Of a stretch of DNA of 64,000 nt, positions 25,001-37,541 are shown piece after piece. The notes below the pieces were generated by a model. The model did not search any database. It worked only from the letters and a program-made list of their open reading frames with translations, and was not told the DNA's origin. Each line of letters starts with the position of its first letter. Position 1 is the first letter of the stretch. A program made the translations under genes and the position numbers. Source of the DNA: Lingula anatina (Eukaryota; Animalia; Brachiopoda); the NCBI GenBank assembly GCA_051362555.1, contig CM120640.1:9362001-9426000 (forward strand), written 5' to 3'.

Positions 25001-27837
25001 GAATGAAATCACTTCAAGCACTGGGAAAATGGCCCTTTGAATGTATGGTAGATGTGATTCCCCTACCTTTTAGCTAACTTTATCTGAAACATTGATTGTG
25101 TCCTGTGTTATCTCATTTCTTTACATTATATCAGCTGGTATTCTGTCTTGTGACAAAATAATAAAAGCATTTCTAAGATTACAGCAAGTCCACAGGGAAA
25201 TCATTTGTTGAAATGCACCTTGTGTCTGGCAATAAATGGGAACTGAATTTGATTTGCTCAGGACAAATGTTGAGTTGAGATGCTGAATGTAGATTATCAT
25301 GAAATAAATGAATTATTTCCAGACTTACAGACAGTCTGTATGGTAATTGGGTTGTTATGGCATTATGATCTAAGATAAATAATGTTTGACTACTTTTTCA
25401 CTTGTAAAGCCAAATGGCAATCTACAATGTTTTGGCAGGATTAACTCATCTGAAATGCTTTAGGGATGTTGTAAGTGCATGTATCAGGTTAAGCAATACT
25501 GCGATAGAGTTATTAAGAGAACCACATTGATTTACAGTTGAACTGAACTGAACCCGCCCTGTACACCTGTTGTATTTAGCACCTGCATGACCCGCCTACT
25601 AAGCACTGGAAACGGCTGTGTATAGACAGAAATAGGAAAACAATGTGTGCACTCAAAGTTCATGCCAACCCCTCAACTCCCACTTAGATTGCTTTGCTCC
25701 CAGTTCACCCTTTCCCCAAATGTTTCTCTGCTCTTCCAGATGGATACCAGCTCGTGTTGTTTGAATGATATTTCTGAAATGTAACATGCTTGGCTTTCCA
25801 GGTCCCAAGCAGGGAGGTTGACAAGGAGCCCAAGAGGTTTTGGACTCACTGGAACAGAGAAACAAAACAGGTAAAATGTGCCTGCTGAAAGGGGAGGAGG
25901 GGGGTTAGTGACAGGTGCTTTGGTTTGGATGAATGTAAATGTATTTCAACTCTTCTTACATTTATTGAAGGTAAAGTTTTATTAGTAATGTTTTGAATAT
26001 ACATGCTATACAAGAGCCCATGCTAGTGCTCACTGAAATATATTTTTCTGTTTGGAAAAGGTAATTTTCTTTCATGACAACAGTTTACGGGTTACACTGA
26101 AAATGTCACCTCTGAAAGATGGTTTCAGTTCCTGTGTAACTGATTTGTGGATCTCTCACTTTTATTGATCACACAAGGTTAACACCAAGCATGTGCACGT
26201 TTTAGGTTTCTGTAATGTCATACAATTTTGTAAATTTTCATTAAGTATCATGTTTTTAGGTTGAAAATGTAAGACTTCTAGAGGTTAATGATAGGAAACT
26301 ATTTTACAGATAATGAAATTTGGGCTTCTCTCTTAGATTACCGAGCCATTCTGACTTATATCAAGCCTTACTCCTAGTTGTAATTAAAGAGGATCAGAAC
26401 CTTGTCTGGTTTTGAGCTAAGTTTAAGGAGTAAGATAAATTTGGGCATGAGTCTCTTTCTAAATTTTATATAAATAGATTTGCTACTATGTTTTTCAAGT
26501 CACCTTTGTGTGAAACCCTTTTTATTTTTGAAAAATGCACACACACACAGACATATACCATTGAATTCAGTCACATGAGGAAGATGAAATAAAATGTGCA
26601 GTTGTAGTATCCAACAAACTGCTGTTAACCACTACCATGTAATGTCATGTTAAATGAGAAAGCTCAAATGAGTAGTTTTCCTTACCCTTTGTATGCATGC
26701 ATATTCTGTGTAATTTTGTCTCCAGTTTCCCTCAGTTTTCAAACATCATTCAGTGGTTGTTAACAATGGCTTAGTTAACTATAGCTCCACTTATTTGTGA
26801 TGCCCACATGCAATAATCAAAGGTTTATGAAGTGACACCCTCAAGAGTATTGATGACGACTACAAAGGCTTGTTAAGTTAAACTTGAGATTAATTGAAAG
26901 CATGAGGAATGTTTTACTCTGATATAATTTAGCTGCCATTCCCTAATGTGCATAATCAGACAGAAGTGGAGTTTCGATTATTTAGCTTGGAAGTTTCAGA
27001 CTAAAAGAGACATGATCTGACAAACAGCAATTTTCTTCGTGCATGTTAGCATATCTGAGTGTGGTTAGGAAATAAGACACTTAGTACCTAGTTTCTGATT
27101 TCATGTTTCACTTAATGCTGAAGAAAGGAAATTTCACAGTTATGAATATAATTGATTTATGAGGTTTTTGCTAATCGTCTTTTCTGAGGAATCGTTGTTG
27201 TTAATAAAACTTTCTTAGAATTATGTTTCATAATTTGATTAGTTTTTGTAACTGATATTTTACTATTGAAAGATTCGATATTTTAGATATTTTGATGAAA
27301 AAATTTTCCCAAAAATTCCTGTAATCTGACTTCAGTATTTATTTAATTTTCCAGTTCTTCCTCCAGTTTGCCTTCAAACATGACCCAAAGGCAGCCCAGC
27401 AGCCCCCTCCCCAGCAGATGCCACCTCAGAGCAGACCAGGACAAAACATGGCCCCTCCACCCCCCTCACTGCCACCCCCACCCCCCAGATTATCAGGTCC
27501 TCCTCCTCCAAGACCATCTGGTCCACCTCCCCCTCCACAGAGTGCACCGCCTAGGGCAGCACCACCTGTAGGTTTACCACCCCCCTCAGGAGGGTTACCA
27601 AGTGGACCCCCAGGGCCACCCCCTGCACCCCCAGGTGGTCCACCCCCTCCAGGAGCTCCACCCCCACCAGGGAGTTTACCAAGTGGCCCTCCACCTGGTC
27701 CTCCTCCTGGCCCACCTGCACCTCCCCCAGGGGTTCCACCCCCACCCATTCCACCCCCTGTGTCCATGGGGGGACCCCCACCCATGGTACCCCCTCCCCC
27801 ACCACCCCCCTCAAACCCCCCCTTCCCCCTCCGGTAG
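21917..27837 (+). CDS. SF3A2: Splicing factor 3A subunit 2 (SF3a66, ~365 aa)
   Basis: Exons 21917-22042, 22350-22468, 22880-23039, 23746-23886, 25802-25870, 27355-27837 (1098 nt). Diagnostic MDFQHRAGGKTGSGGVAS..., matrin-type zinc finger YECKLCLTLHNNEGSYLAHTQGKKH, WQYLLFAAEPYETIAFKVPSRE, and a proline-rich C-terminus. Confidence 0.97.
22525..22770 (+). repeat. Degenerate three-copy tandem repeat (~85-100 bp) in an SF3A2 intron
   Basis: GTGCTCATTGTCA(C/A)TGA recurs at ~22529, 22612 and 22711, with shared GTGAGACATGCAAC and AACTGTGAAA blocks. Confidence 0.8.
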
Positions 27838-28196
27838 GCTAACAAAGCGAAGACATGGTAGTACAGGGACTGTAAACCATCTTTCAAAGAAATACAAGCA
27901 TTGGGCAGTGCAGGGCTTCTGTTCTTGGGAACTGAAAAACGTACTGCATATTTTTATTTGAACATGAATGATTCAGACTTACTTCCGAAATAGACGGTGG
28001 AATATACCAGATAATGTGAACTAGTATGGAATATCTGGCAATAGACAATTTCGTGGTGAATAAAATTATTTAGATATATACATAGATATGAATGTATTTG
28101 CTTATGAAACATTTTAGTTTTAACATAATAAATGATAATCCAACTACATTTATCTTTGTTTATTGCTTTTTTTGTTGCTGAAGGTATTACCTCAAC

Positions 28197-28197
<1 letters not shown>

Positions 28198-28244
<47 letters not shown>
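28198..28244. repeat. (TTA)n microsatellite
   Basis: Direct reading. It explains the poly-N and poly-Y ORFs. Confidence 0.95.
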
Positions 28245-29306
28245 GTGTGAAGACACCAGATGGGCAATGTTTACATGTAAGCTATGGACATGAACGAAAT
28301 TTCAAGGGGGCAAAGACCCCCAGCAAAATGAGTGTTCGGTCCCAAGTATTAGTTTTTCCTATAACCCAGGCTCATGTTTGGTTTAAAAGACCCTTCTTTT
28401 TTTCATGTCGCATTCGTTTTGTTTCGATGACCGAATATATCTAAAACGGAGTAAGGAATTTACTAATATAATATTGAATAAGAAGTTTAAAAATCATCTA
28501 CTTTCAAAAAGACGGATAGCAGCCACTTTTGCAGAATAAAAAAAGCATTTTATAATCACGTGTCGCAAACCGCAACATTTGCACTTGTCATATAATAGTC
28601 TGTCACGTTTGCTTGCTACTCTACTAAATTTGCGGTCAACTAGTGCTTATCCTCCAGCCTTCGTAACTTATTTTTTTATAGAATTATGTATCAGTAATGG
28701 CTCAATTATACCAGAGAACGACCGCAAGTAGAAGCTACTTAATACCTCTTACAGAATATATCAAGTTCGTCCTTGAAATGTTTCCTACTTGCATATCGTG
28801 TAGCATTAACACTGAATTAAACACTTTAATTTAGTAAAGACGCCGCGAAAAAGCTTCTACAAACAAGTGCTCTCACAAACCACAAAACGGTTTTCAAATC
28901 TGCGAATGACGCACACTGAGACAAAAATTAACAAAACATAAACAGAACTTTATTCATAAATAGGAATGTTTTCAATAAATTAGATAGGATATATGATTTA
29001 TGTGTTATGCGACAGCGGTACCAATTGCTCTTAACGAGTTTGCACCTAACAGATCAATAAATAGGGATTTGTCTGTTCAACAAAGTAAAAGTTAAGCAGA
29101 CCGCGCAAGTTGTGAAGATTCACCAGACCTGCTGAGAATCGGAACCCAATGTCAAAGAATGTCAAAGTCTTAACCCAAAAAGAACGAAGTCTTTTTCATC
29201 CACTGGTGTAGGAATTCATCGATGGGAGTTGCCCCCACTCTCGTTGTTGAATCGACTTGTGAGACAGGTTTGAGACGATGCGTTGTTTCATGGATCCAAC
29301 TCTGAA

Positions 29307-32300
29307 CTAGAACCCGAAATCTGAAAGATATGAAGATACAGGACTGTTAATTAACTATTCACGGGAAATAAGACTCGTGTACACACAGAGCTTGTTTGAA
29401 ACTTTCTGTGTGTTAGTGTTGAGTACTTGTAGTTACCCGAAGGTACATAATCGCGTGCATCCAGACATTTAAGTCCATTCAACAGTTCTAGAAGTGTTTT
29501 AACAGAGATATTAAATCGTCCCACGATAAAAAAGAAAGGAAAAAACATGAGTGTATCGTGGCGATATGAAATACAGAAAATTGAAAATGTTTTGAGTGTG
29601 CAAATCTTTGCCTTCGATTAATTTCTTGACCGAAGTTTTACTTCTCCTCTCGACATGCATCTGTACCTCCTCCTAGTGACACTGACGTCATTCAAACACG
29701 ATACGAGTTTCGATTTTCAATCGGGCAGAGATGTCGAGACCGCAAATTTTGCAGTTTTGGCATTTAAACTTGTGACAACATGTAAGATTTCATGATTCAC
29801 AAACAAGAAAGGTTTGTTTGATTTCTTTTAATTCAATTTTGCCGTACACCAAAGAAAAACAATTCCAAGAAAAAAATATTTGTCAAAATGACAAAGACGA
29901 CAAATGGGACAGAATTGATTTTATTTGATTAAGCCACGGCAAAGAGCACAACAAAAGTTAAATAGTGAAAATCAACCAATACCTTCTGAGGGTATCTCGC
30001 ACGTCTTTGGTGCCATCATTGTAACTTGTTTGCAGTATCCAAGACAGCAGTCTTTGTGGCGCTTGCACTGTAGAAAAATTGCAATGTATAAATTTTTTTT
30101 GCCATATTTTATGGTTGCAATTCATTTTAAAAGAGCCCATTATAAATCACTCAAGCCTTATAGTGATAATTCTTTCCATTATTATTGAAGACATAGATTG
30201 AATAATCAAACGTATTTAATCAGTCGAAGAAGGTTGAGTTGAGATACTTACATATTCCCCTGCATTTCTGCATCTGAATTGTAGTGAGAATGTTCGACAT
30301 TGGTTCATTATGCATATGGACGCTCCACAACAGTCGCCGTTGACCTGGCACTGAAGACAAAGAGGGGAATCATTTAGTAAGGCAAACACTATCATATGGA
30401 CAGGTACGCACACACATATGCATTTGAATTTAATTAGGTGCATGAAAATTGAAGTACACAACTGGCGGACACTATTCATTTCAGCTAGGTTGGAAAACAT
30501 AGGAGAAGAACCAGCATCGGAAATCAACGCTAAATAAATATGTATTATAAAATCAATTTTAGACGGAGATCGGGGGGGGGGGGGTTAAGGGTGCACGTGA
30601 TCACTTATGTTTCGCCAACATTACTATGCATGGAGTTCACACAGTTCAAAAAGAGAAAAAAATAATTTTATATCCATACGTTTCCCCTTTCAAGAAACTT
30701 AATGCCACAATGTAATTAGAAAATGAAAAACAGATTGTGTTATATATTTGGAATACTTGTTTCCTGCATAATATTAGGGATAGTCTAATGCAAATAGTGC
30801 TAACCGAATACCAAAGCTAATTTTAATTAATTCTCTTTAAAAATTTCAAATCAAAACCGCTTATTTTAGACACAGTAAGAATGAGTACCGTAAAGTGACA
30901 CGTGAAATAGTGCCAAATCACTAAGCATTATTAAGACTAAGCACAACTGCTTTTTATTCTCATTCAAACAGCAGTTAGCGCAGGAAACTTCATGGTTTAG
31001 AACACCCAATCAGCAGTGCGGTGAACACTATCTTTGTAATGCACAAACGGCAGCTGATTTCCCGGAGAAGCCATTAGAAGCGTGGTTGGCTTTCTAAAGA
31101 CTACTTAGAGACGCTACACATCCGAAGCAGCAATCATATCGCAAGGGTTGGAACCGTACTTTGCTCGAAGGTTCTCGATAATGTTCCTTTTAATGCGAAG
31201 AGTGTTTCCAAGAACTGTCGCTGTTTTAGGGTTAAAGGGCGTTTTATCCGCCCTCTTGGAATATTTATTGCCAATGTGAGACTGAAAGACTATATTTGTT
31301 CTGACAATATATGTCCCTGTGGTAGAAGGTTCTGTACCGAAAACATGAACTGAACTTTTTACATGGCAATGTGGGACCAGAGATATAATGATAATATTAT
31401 TGATTAACCTTAATGTAATTATATCATTTCATCTGACACACCGAATAAACAATCTGGTTTGTTTTGCAAGCATGGGGAAATGCAGTTATTGTTCAACTCG
31501 TTGAGGAAAGGGGTCATTCTAATGATATGCCAACGCCGAGGGGGAAGCATAGTGGGCAACCTGCCTTCGACTTTAGCCTCGGCACTCCCCATCGTCTCTC
31601 CCCAAAATTAATTTAACAAGCGAAATGGGACAAAATCATACAAGTGCATACAATGTTAACATTCTTGGGCCCTACATATTACAGCAAAACAGTCCTCGTT
31701 TGATTTTTTGATCTTTCAGCACTGTAGTATTCTTTGGTGTATCCAAGGTTTTGCTAAGAAAGGGGGGGTGGCAAAACATTTTTCACCCTCCGAGCAAGAT
31801 CCTGGATCCCCCCCCCCCCGTGAACCCTACAGTACTGTAAACGTATGCCAAGTTCCTAGTCGAAAAATGGTGCTGAGAAACATGTCATATCTGACCTCAG
31901 CGCCTTTTCAGTTTGATTCACTGTAAAGCCATTCATGAACTATTGCGCTGGTCTTCTTTTGTGTTTTAGAGGGCTCAGCTACCGCTAGTGTAATGAACCC
32001 TGTCACTTTCCTCTTTTTTCATTATTAAGGAAGTAATTGTCCCTTTCTGTTGCCCTAATCCCCATTGCATCACCACATTACCCAAACCATTATCATCAGC
32101 AGTGTTAGTTGGATTATGTAGTCATTGTAGATGGCAGTCATTCCAGGCAATTAGAAAGCATGTTTCTCCGCGATAATGTTTCTAATCTCCGTTCATTTAG
32201 AAGATGTATGACAAAATGCCTTTTTGTTACATTTCAGATTATTTCTCTAAAATGATCGATGAACAGTAGAAGACCTTCATGTGTACGTATAGGACAGTAC

Positions 32301-32540
32301 TTCCCTTTCTTGAAAAAAAGATTTCACTGCCGGATTTAAGCAAAAAACTAACAAGCAAATGAAAATTACCAATCTTAACCGAATTATATAAGCGCTAAAA
32401 ATATCAAAATATTTAAATGATGTCTACATCTGTCTTACCGAATCCCAGTCCTCACGGCAACCTTTTACTTGATAGCTTGTGCACTCTACGACTAAAATGA
32501 AGAAGGCAAATCCCACTAAGAATGTTCTTGTTGATACCAT
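29307..32540 (-). CDS. Secreted cysteine-rich peptide precursor (99 aa) with two tandem inhibitor-cystine-knot-like modules
   Basis: Exons 32540-32439, 30350-30252, 30067-29983, 29320-29307, all with canonical pyrimidine-rich acceptors and GT donors and matching phases (300 nt). Translation: MVSTRTFLVGFAFFILVVECTS-YQVKG-CREDWDSCQVNGDCCGASICIMNQC-RTFSLQFR-CRNAGEYCKRHKDCCLGYCKQVTMMAPKTC-EIPSEDFGF. Hydrophobic signal peptide. Minus-strand AATAAA near 28950. Confidence 0.8.
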
Positions 32541-35500
32541 GGTTTAACTGAAAAGATAAAAAAATGATTTACTCATAGTTGAATAGAAACAACCAGGACG
32601 AGGTATATTGCAAAAACGCGATTAAGAAAATTATTTAAGAGTTATGTGACAAAGGCACGTAGAAAGAAAGCTCCCGTATAGCATAAGAAATGATTTATAC
32701 TAACAAAAAAATGAGAGGCCGATACTAACGGAGTAGTAGCAACTGGATGGCAGACGTTATTTCTCCATATCTATAACATAAAATAGGTCCAATGTATTTA
32801 ATGTAGAAAGGAAATGTATTTTTCCTCTCACGCAAACTAAGTTTCTCATCTGTACGTGTCGCTCTACTCTTGTTAGACCATGAAAAAACAAAGAGACTAT
32901 GCACCTCCTGAAAGAATATCGTACTTAATCTCGACACTCGGCGTATACCGTTCGTAGATGCTGTGGTGATTTAACTTCAACTCTGGTGTGAAGCTTACTA
33001 CTGTTTTACACACAACATGAAAAATGTTTTCTGATATCAATAGTAAACGTCTATCTAAACGTCTCTCTAAACAACAAAACCATGACAGAAATTCACGAAA
33101 TACATCCCTTCAATTTTGTCGTGCTAAAACAAAAAACCCCGTCAGTCTTTATCCAGAGCAGAGTAATATCGAGACTGCACCCCTACCTCTGCCAACGGTT
33201 TCTGCACCAGTTTGGCGCAGAACGGGAAACAACGCGTTGATATAGTCACGGAACTTGTACGTCAGAGCCTTTTTCTTGATAAAAGAACCCCTGGAGGGAA
33301 TAATGATTTAATCAGAGTTGCTTCTTGTTATAATATGTCACTTAAATTATGTGGCTAAGCCAATACACTGAGTTTCAGCTTAGACACAATTTCTAAAGCT
33401 TCTGAACAATTTAACAGGAAGCCTTCAAACTCATCTGTCCTTGGATTTAGAAACTTTTTAAAGGCTTGAGCTGTGAAAACAACACACCATTTAAACCAAA
33501 GCCATAACCTAATGAACGAAGTTCAGGGATGCCAAATGAAATGATGATTACCTGAAACCTGTGGTTAATACACCTACTTGTTTCAAATAAATACATGTAG
33601 TTCATCAACCTCAACAAATCCGATGTCTCGTCATAGATCGCGGAATCAATGAAAGCCATTTGAAGGTCTTTTTCATATTCTTTTTTTTTTTAATCAAGGT
33701 AAAGTCAAATTTGTGAGTGATAACTGTTTAAGATATGGCATCGTTTAAACATTTAAACTCCCTTAGTTAAAAATGACACGAGATCACGCGTGGAGACGTG
33801 TTAGAAGATGAATGCTAATCAAAAATTAGTCCAGAATTCCGCTTTGAATACAATTCTTTCAATGAATGAATGAGGTGGGTGAAGATGACAGCAGACATTA
33901 AGGGGAAAGTATCGACAGATAATATCGAAACCCGTTTCATGGAATATTTCGCGGGTAACACAAAAGCCTAAAACAAGCGCACGTGGCTTTAATTAAGCCT
34001 CCGATTTTCCTTGCATTAGGCTTTAGGCACGTATATTAGTTCTTTTACGTCATTCCATCTCGCGTTGTCAAAAGTGTCACTCGTGTTTATTCAGATTTAA
34101 CGTGGCATAATACACCGCCTTGCCATATGAAAACGTTGAAGCTACGAGTGCTGCCAAAGTATAAAAGAAAAACAGGTAGTTTTACATTAGTTGCCTGTCC
34201 TGTCTACCAACCACCTGCTAAGGCTACTTAACGTCCGACATTGGGGACAGGAAGTTGAGACCAACTGGGAGAGGAAATTAATTTGAACTCAAAACCAGTT
34301 TTCTATCACTCTATTAAAAAAAGGACCTTGTAACGTTATAAGTTATTGTGTTTTACATGCATCACTATGGCAACTGTCAATCATATCAGTGGGAAGGGGA
34401 ATGCAAACATGGGTGTGTTCTGGTCATGACAAGCCCCCTATAGAATGAATGATCAGTACTGCGAGAGAGAAAGAAAATATGATAATCAGCTCTTTGATCT
34501 GTAGTGCATATCCACTGACCGGTATAATTTGTGGCAATTTCATATCTGTAATAGCAATTCCCTTGGTTAGGCTGTGGTCTCCTAAGCTGTGCAATGTTCA
34601 GTGTTATTCTGTCTTTCATTCTTGTGGTCGTCTGTTTTACACTGCAGTCCTAGGGTGTGGGTGTGATATCATTTCAAGACAAATTTCAACTTGAAAATCT
34701 GAGCGTTACCCAGAGTGTCTTCCCATGATAAAAACACAATTTCTCTTGTTTTACATAGGAAAAGCCGTCGACGGGGATTACTAATGAATACATAGCTGCT
34801 GGAAGTGTTATTTGTTTCTGTCATCGATATGTCAACTTTTAAAAAAGGTGCATTACCCCCCCCCCCACGCCCCCACCCACCCCCCACCCCATTTTACCAT
34901 AGAGCAGAATTCCTTGTTTTGATACAACTCTGTTAAATGTTCAATTATACACAAGGGATCTGAACCTAAGAGACATTATTCAGAATTAACAGTTCATACA
35001 ATTGGTATTAATCGAATCCTCATCCCAGTGAGCGATGATGACGCACTCTCATTAAGTGAACTAGGACTATTTCATAACAAACAACTACATGTACAGTACA
35101 AACAGAAGCCGCTTTAAATTAAGCATGGCTAATGATATATGCATGACCATTGAAACAGACGCGAGTAGGAGTCGGTAGTTCTATATTTCCATTTCTTTTA
35201 AATCCCATAGGATTTCTTTTCGTAATTAGAAAATTTTGTTTGGATTCTTCTTCATTAAATGAACTAAGGGGTACTCGGATATATCAGTCTGAGGTTGTGA
35301 AAATTAAGCTGTGGAACAGGCATCAGCAGGTTGGGCCGTAGAGTAACAGGAGTGAACTCATTGCTTTTCCGGAGGTATGCAAAGGTATACCATAAGCTCT
35401 ATACTTATATTAACCTACTCCCAATAAGAAATGCGTATGCAATGTTTATGAAATATTTTGTCTCTAAACAGATAGGAAAATAACCGTTATCATCGATACA

Positions 35501-37364
35501 CACAAACACACCCACTGTGGCAGTTGTCAAACAATATGCAGCAACGAATTCGACGCAGACCAAGCGAAGTGCAAAACATGGAATAAAAAAACGCAGAGAC
35601 ACAATTAATGGAAAAGGTGCAGGTGACACTGGACATTAAGAGAACAGATTCCGAGTGTTTTGCGCCGAGTATTTGACGCATTTATCTTTAATTTCCTGTT
35701 TTTCAGGCAATTAAGTAACAATATTAACATGGGGATGGTTGGATAGTAGGAAACATTGGTAGTGGATGGGGGAGGCGAGCTGTAACCACTTTTGGCGTTG
35801 ATGTTGTAGAAATTATTAAACCTGCTAGATCTGCCTTGCCTGATTGGATTACTCCACGGTGACAAGCACTTCACATTAGATAAGTTGCAAAGGAATTGAC
35901 CAATAAATTGAGATAATGTAGAAATTTGAGAAAAATTATAATGCCTGGCTTATTTTGTTACGTACGGGAAATGTCAGCTCGTGTTGATTATGATGAGTGC
36001 TGATGTACTGTCTCTGTATTAATCAATACAGTTTGAAGTTCCAAATGGAGAACATAAGGGTCCCTGAACCCATTAAGATATACATAAAACTGAACGCTCA
36101 GCTGGATATCTTCAAATACGGATGATCAACTTAATAAACGTCTAATGTTTTTCTCAGTATTTCTTTGACGTTAGATGACAGGGCACACTATATATATATA
36201 CTGTATATCTAACATGTACGGCAGTGAATAATGTCCTACATATCAACTAAGTTTGGGCAAGAGCTTTTGTATCTTACAATATAGTAATTTCTTTATTTCT
36301 ATGCTATGGAATTACCATCCTTTAAGAGACTATATAAGTTATCTATTTTTCGCTCTTCTGTTTAGTGAAATTCAATGTAATATTCAAAATTTCCAGAAGT
36401 ATGAATTCATTATGAAACTACCACAGACATAACGCATTATGATCAGTTGTTCTTTAATGCTCAAGATGATTTCAGAACGCATTGTCATGCAAACCGAAGT
36501 TTTTTATATTAAAACAACGTTTGAATGATTTAATTATGGCATGTTAAAACACTTAAATATAATACATTGTCAAAAAATAACATCGGAATCGAAACTCAGC
36601 CATGATGTCCTACATGTATCAAGAAAAGAGATGTGAATTTTAGCGGACCGTCGAAATCAGAAAAATAATCAGGAAAGCGCTTTTTGACAAAATGTTTTCA
36701 AAGATCGAATGAAAAGGGTCACGGTGACATCGAGTTGGAGAAATTATCGAAAAGGCGATCAAAATCCGTTTCACTGACCATTTAAAGCCGATAATTCCTC
36801 TCATTTGCAGTTAATTGCCACTCTAAATCTCAATAAGCCACAAGTAATTCAAAGATCTGCATGAGTTTAAGCCAATAAGTAATGGAATGGCCTATCTGAC
36901 TCTTAGGTGCCGCCGTGCTCTTAGTATTCCTCGAATTGCAAACCTCAGAAAAAATATCCCAAACCACATTTTCACTTCCTTGTCCTTTAACCTTCCTATA
37001 CATCTGTAGCAAGATTCCACTTTTTTGTCGAAGAAACAACTGACACTCAATTACGTGCGTTTTGACTGTGAAAAATGACCATCTTGTGACATTCATTTCC
37101 TAAGTCATAAGTAGACATCTATCATATTTTCTCAGAAAATTATTTGTATTTGCATATGAAAACAGAGCGGTCACTGTAAAACATACCACTCATAAGTGTT
37201 ATTTTGGAATAACGTATTTAATTTTTGCTTTCTTGAATTCTACGAGTCGCTGCGAAGTGTTCTTTACGTGAAGGCTTACCTGTTGAATTTAGTTAGCACG
37301 CTGCTGCACAGTGGTAGCATGAACGTGAAGAAAGACCATTCATCCAAGCAACAAAGCAACTTAC

Positions 37365-37541
37365 CTATATGTCTAGCTATGTTCTTGTCCTGAATTATCT
37401 TGTCTTGTCTTGTCTCAGTCTCCTTTGCCTTTGCTCTTCCTTCAGCACTGTGTATAGAATCTCTTCTACAAGTCTCTGTTTCTTCGTGATCTAAGTTGCT
37501 CTCTTGGTGAAGTCGATAGCTATCAACTATATATATATACA
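37365..37541 (-). promoter_or_regulatory. TATA-like element and putative non-coding first exon, possibly of the knottin gene
   Basis: Minus-strand GTATATATATATAG at ~37530-37541, then purine-rich UTR-like sequence ending in TAG|GTAAGT at ~37364. A second donor CAG|GTAAGC lies at ~37279. An AP-1-like TGAGTCA sits upstream at ~37696. The knottin ATG exon starts with an acceptor at 32548, so it needs an upstream exon. Confidence 0.4.

Noticed and set aside
27426-27887. Gly-rich minus-strand ORFs
   Set aside because: Antisense shadow of the SF3A2 proline-rich exon.
30960-31150. Extra knottin cassette exons (CC codons at ~30968 and ~31127, minus strand)
   Set aside because: No matching Cys spacing or flanking splice sites, and there are nearby stops.
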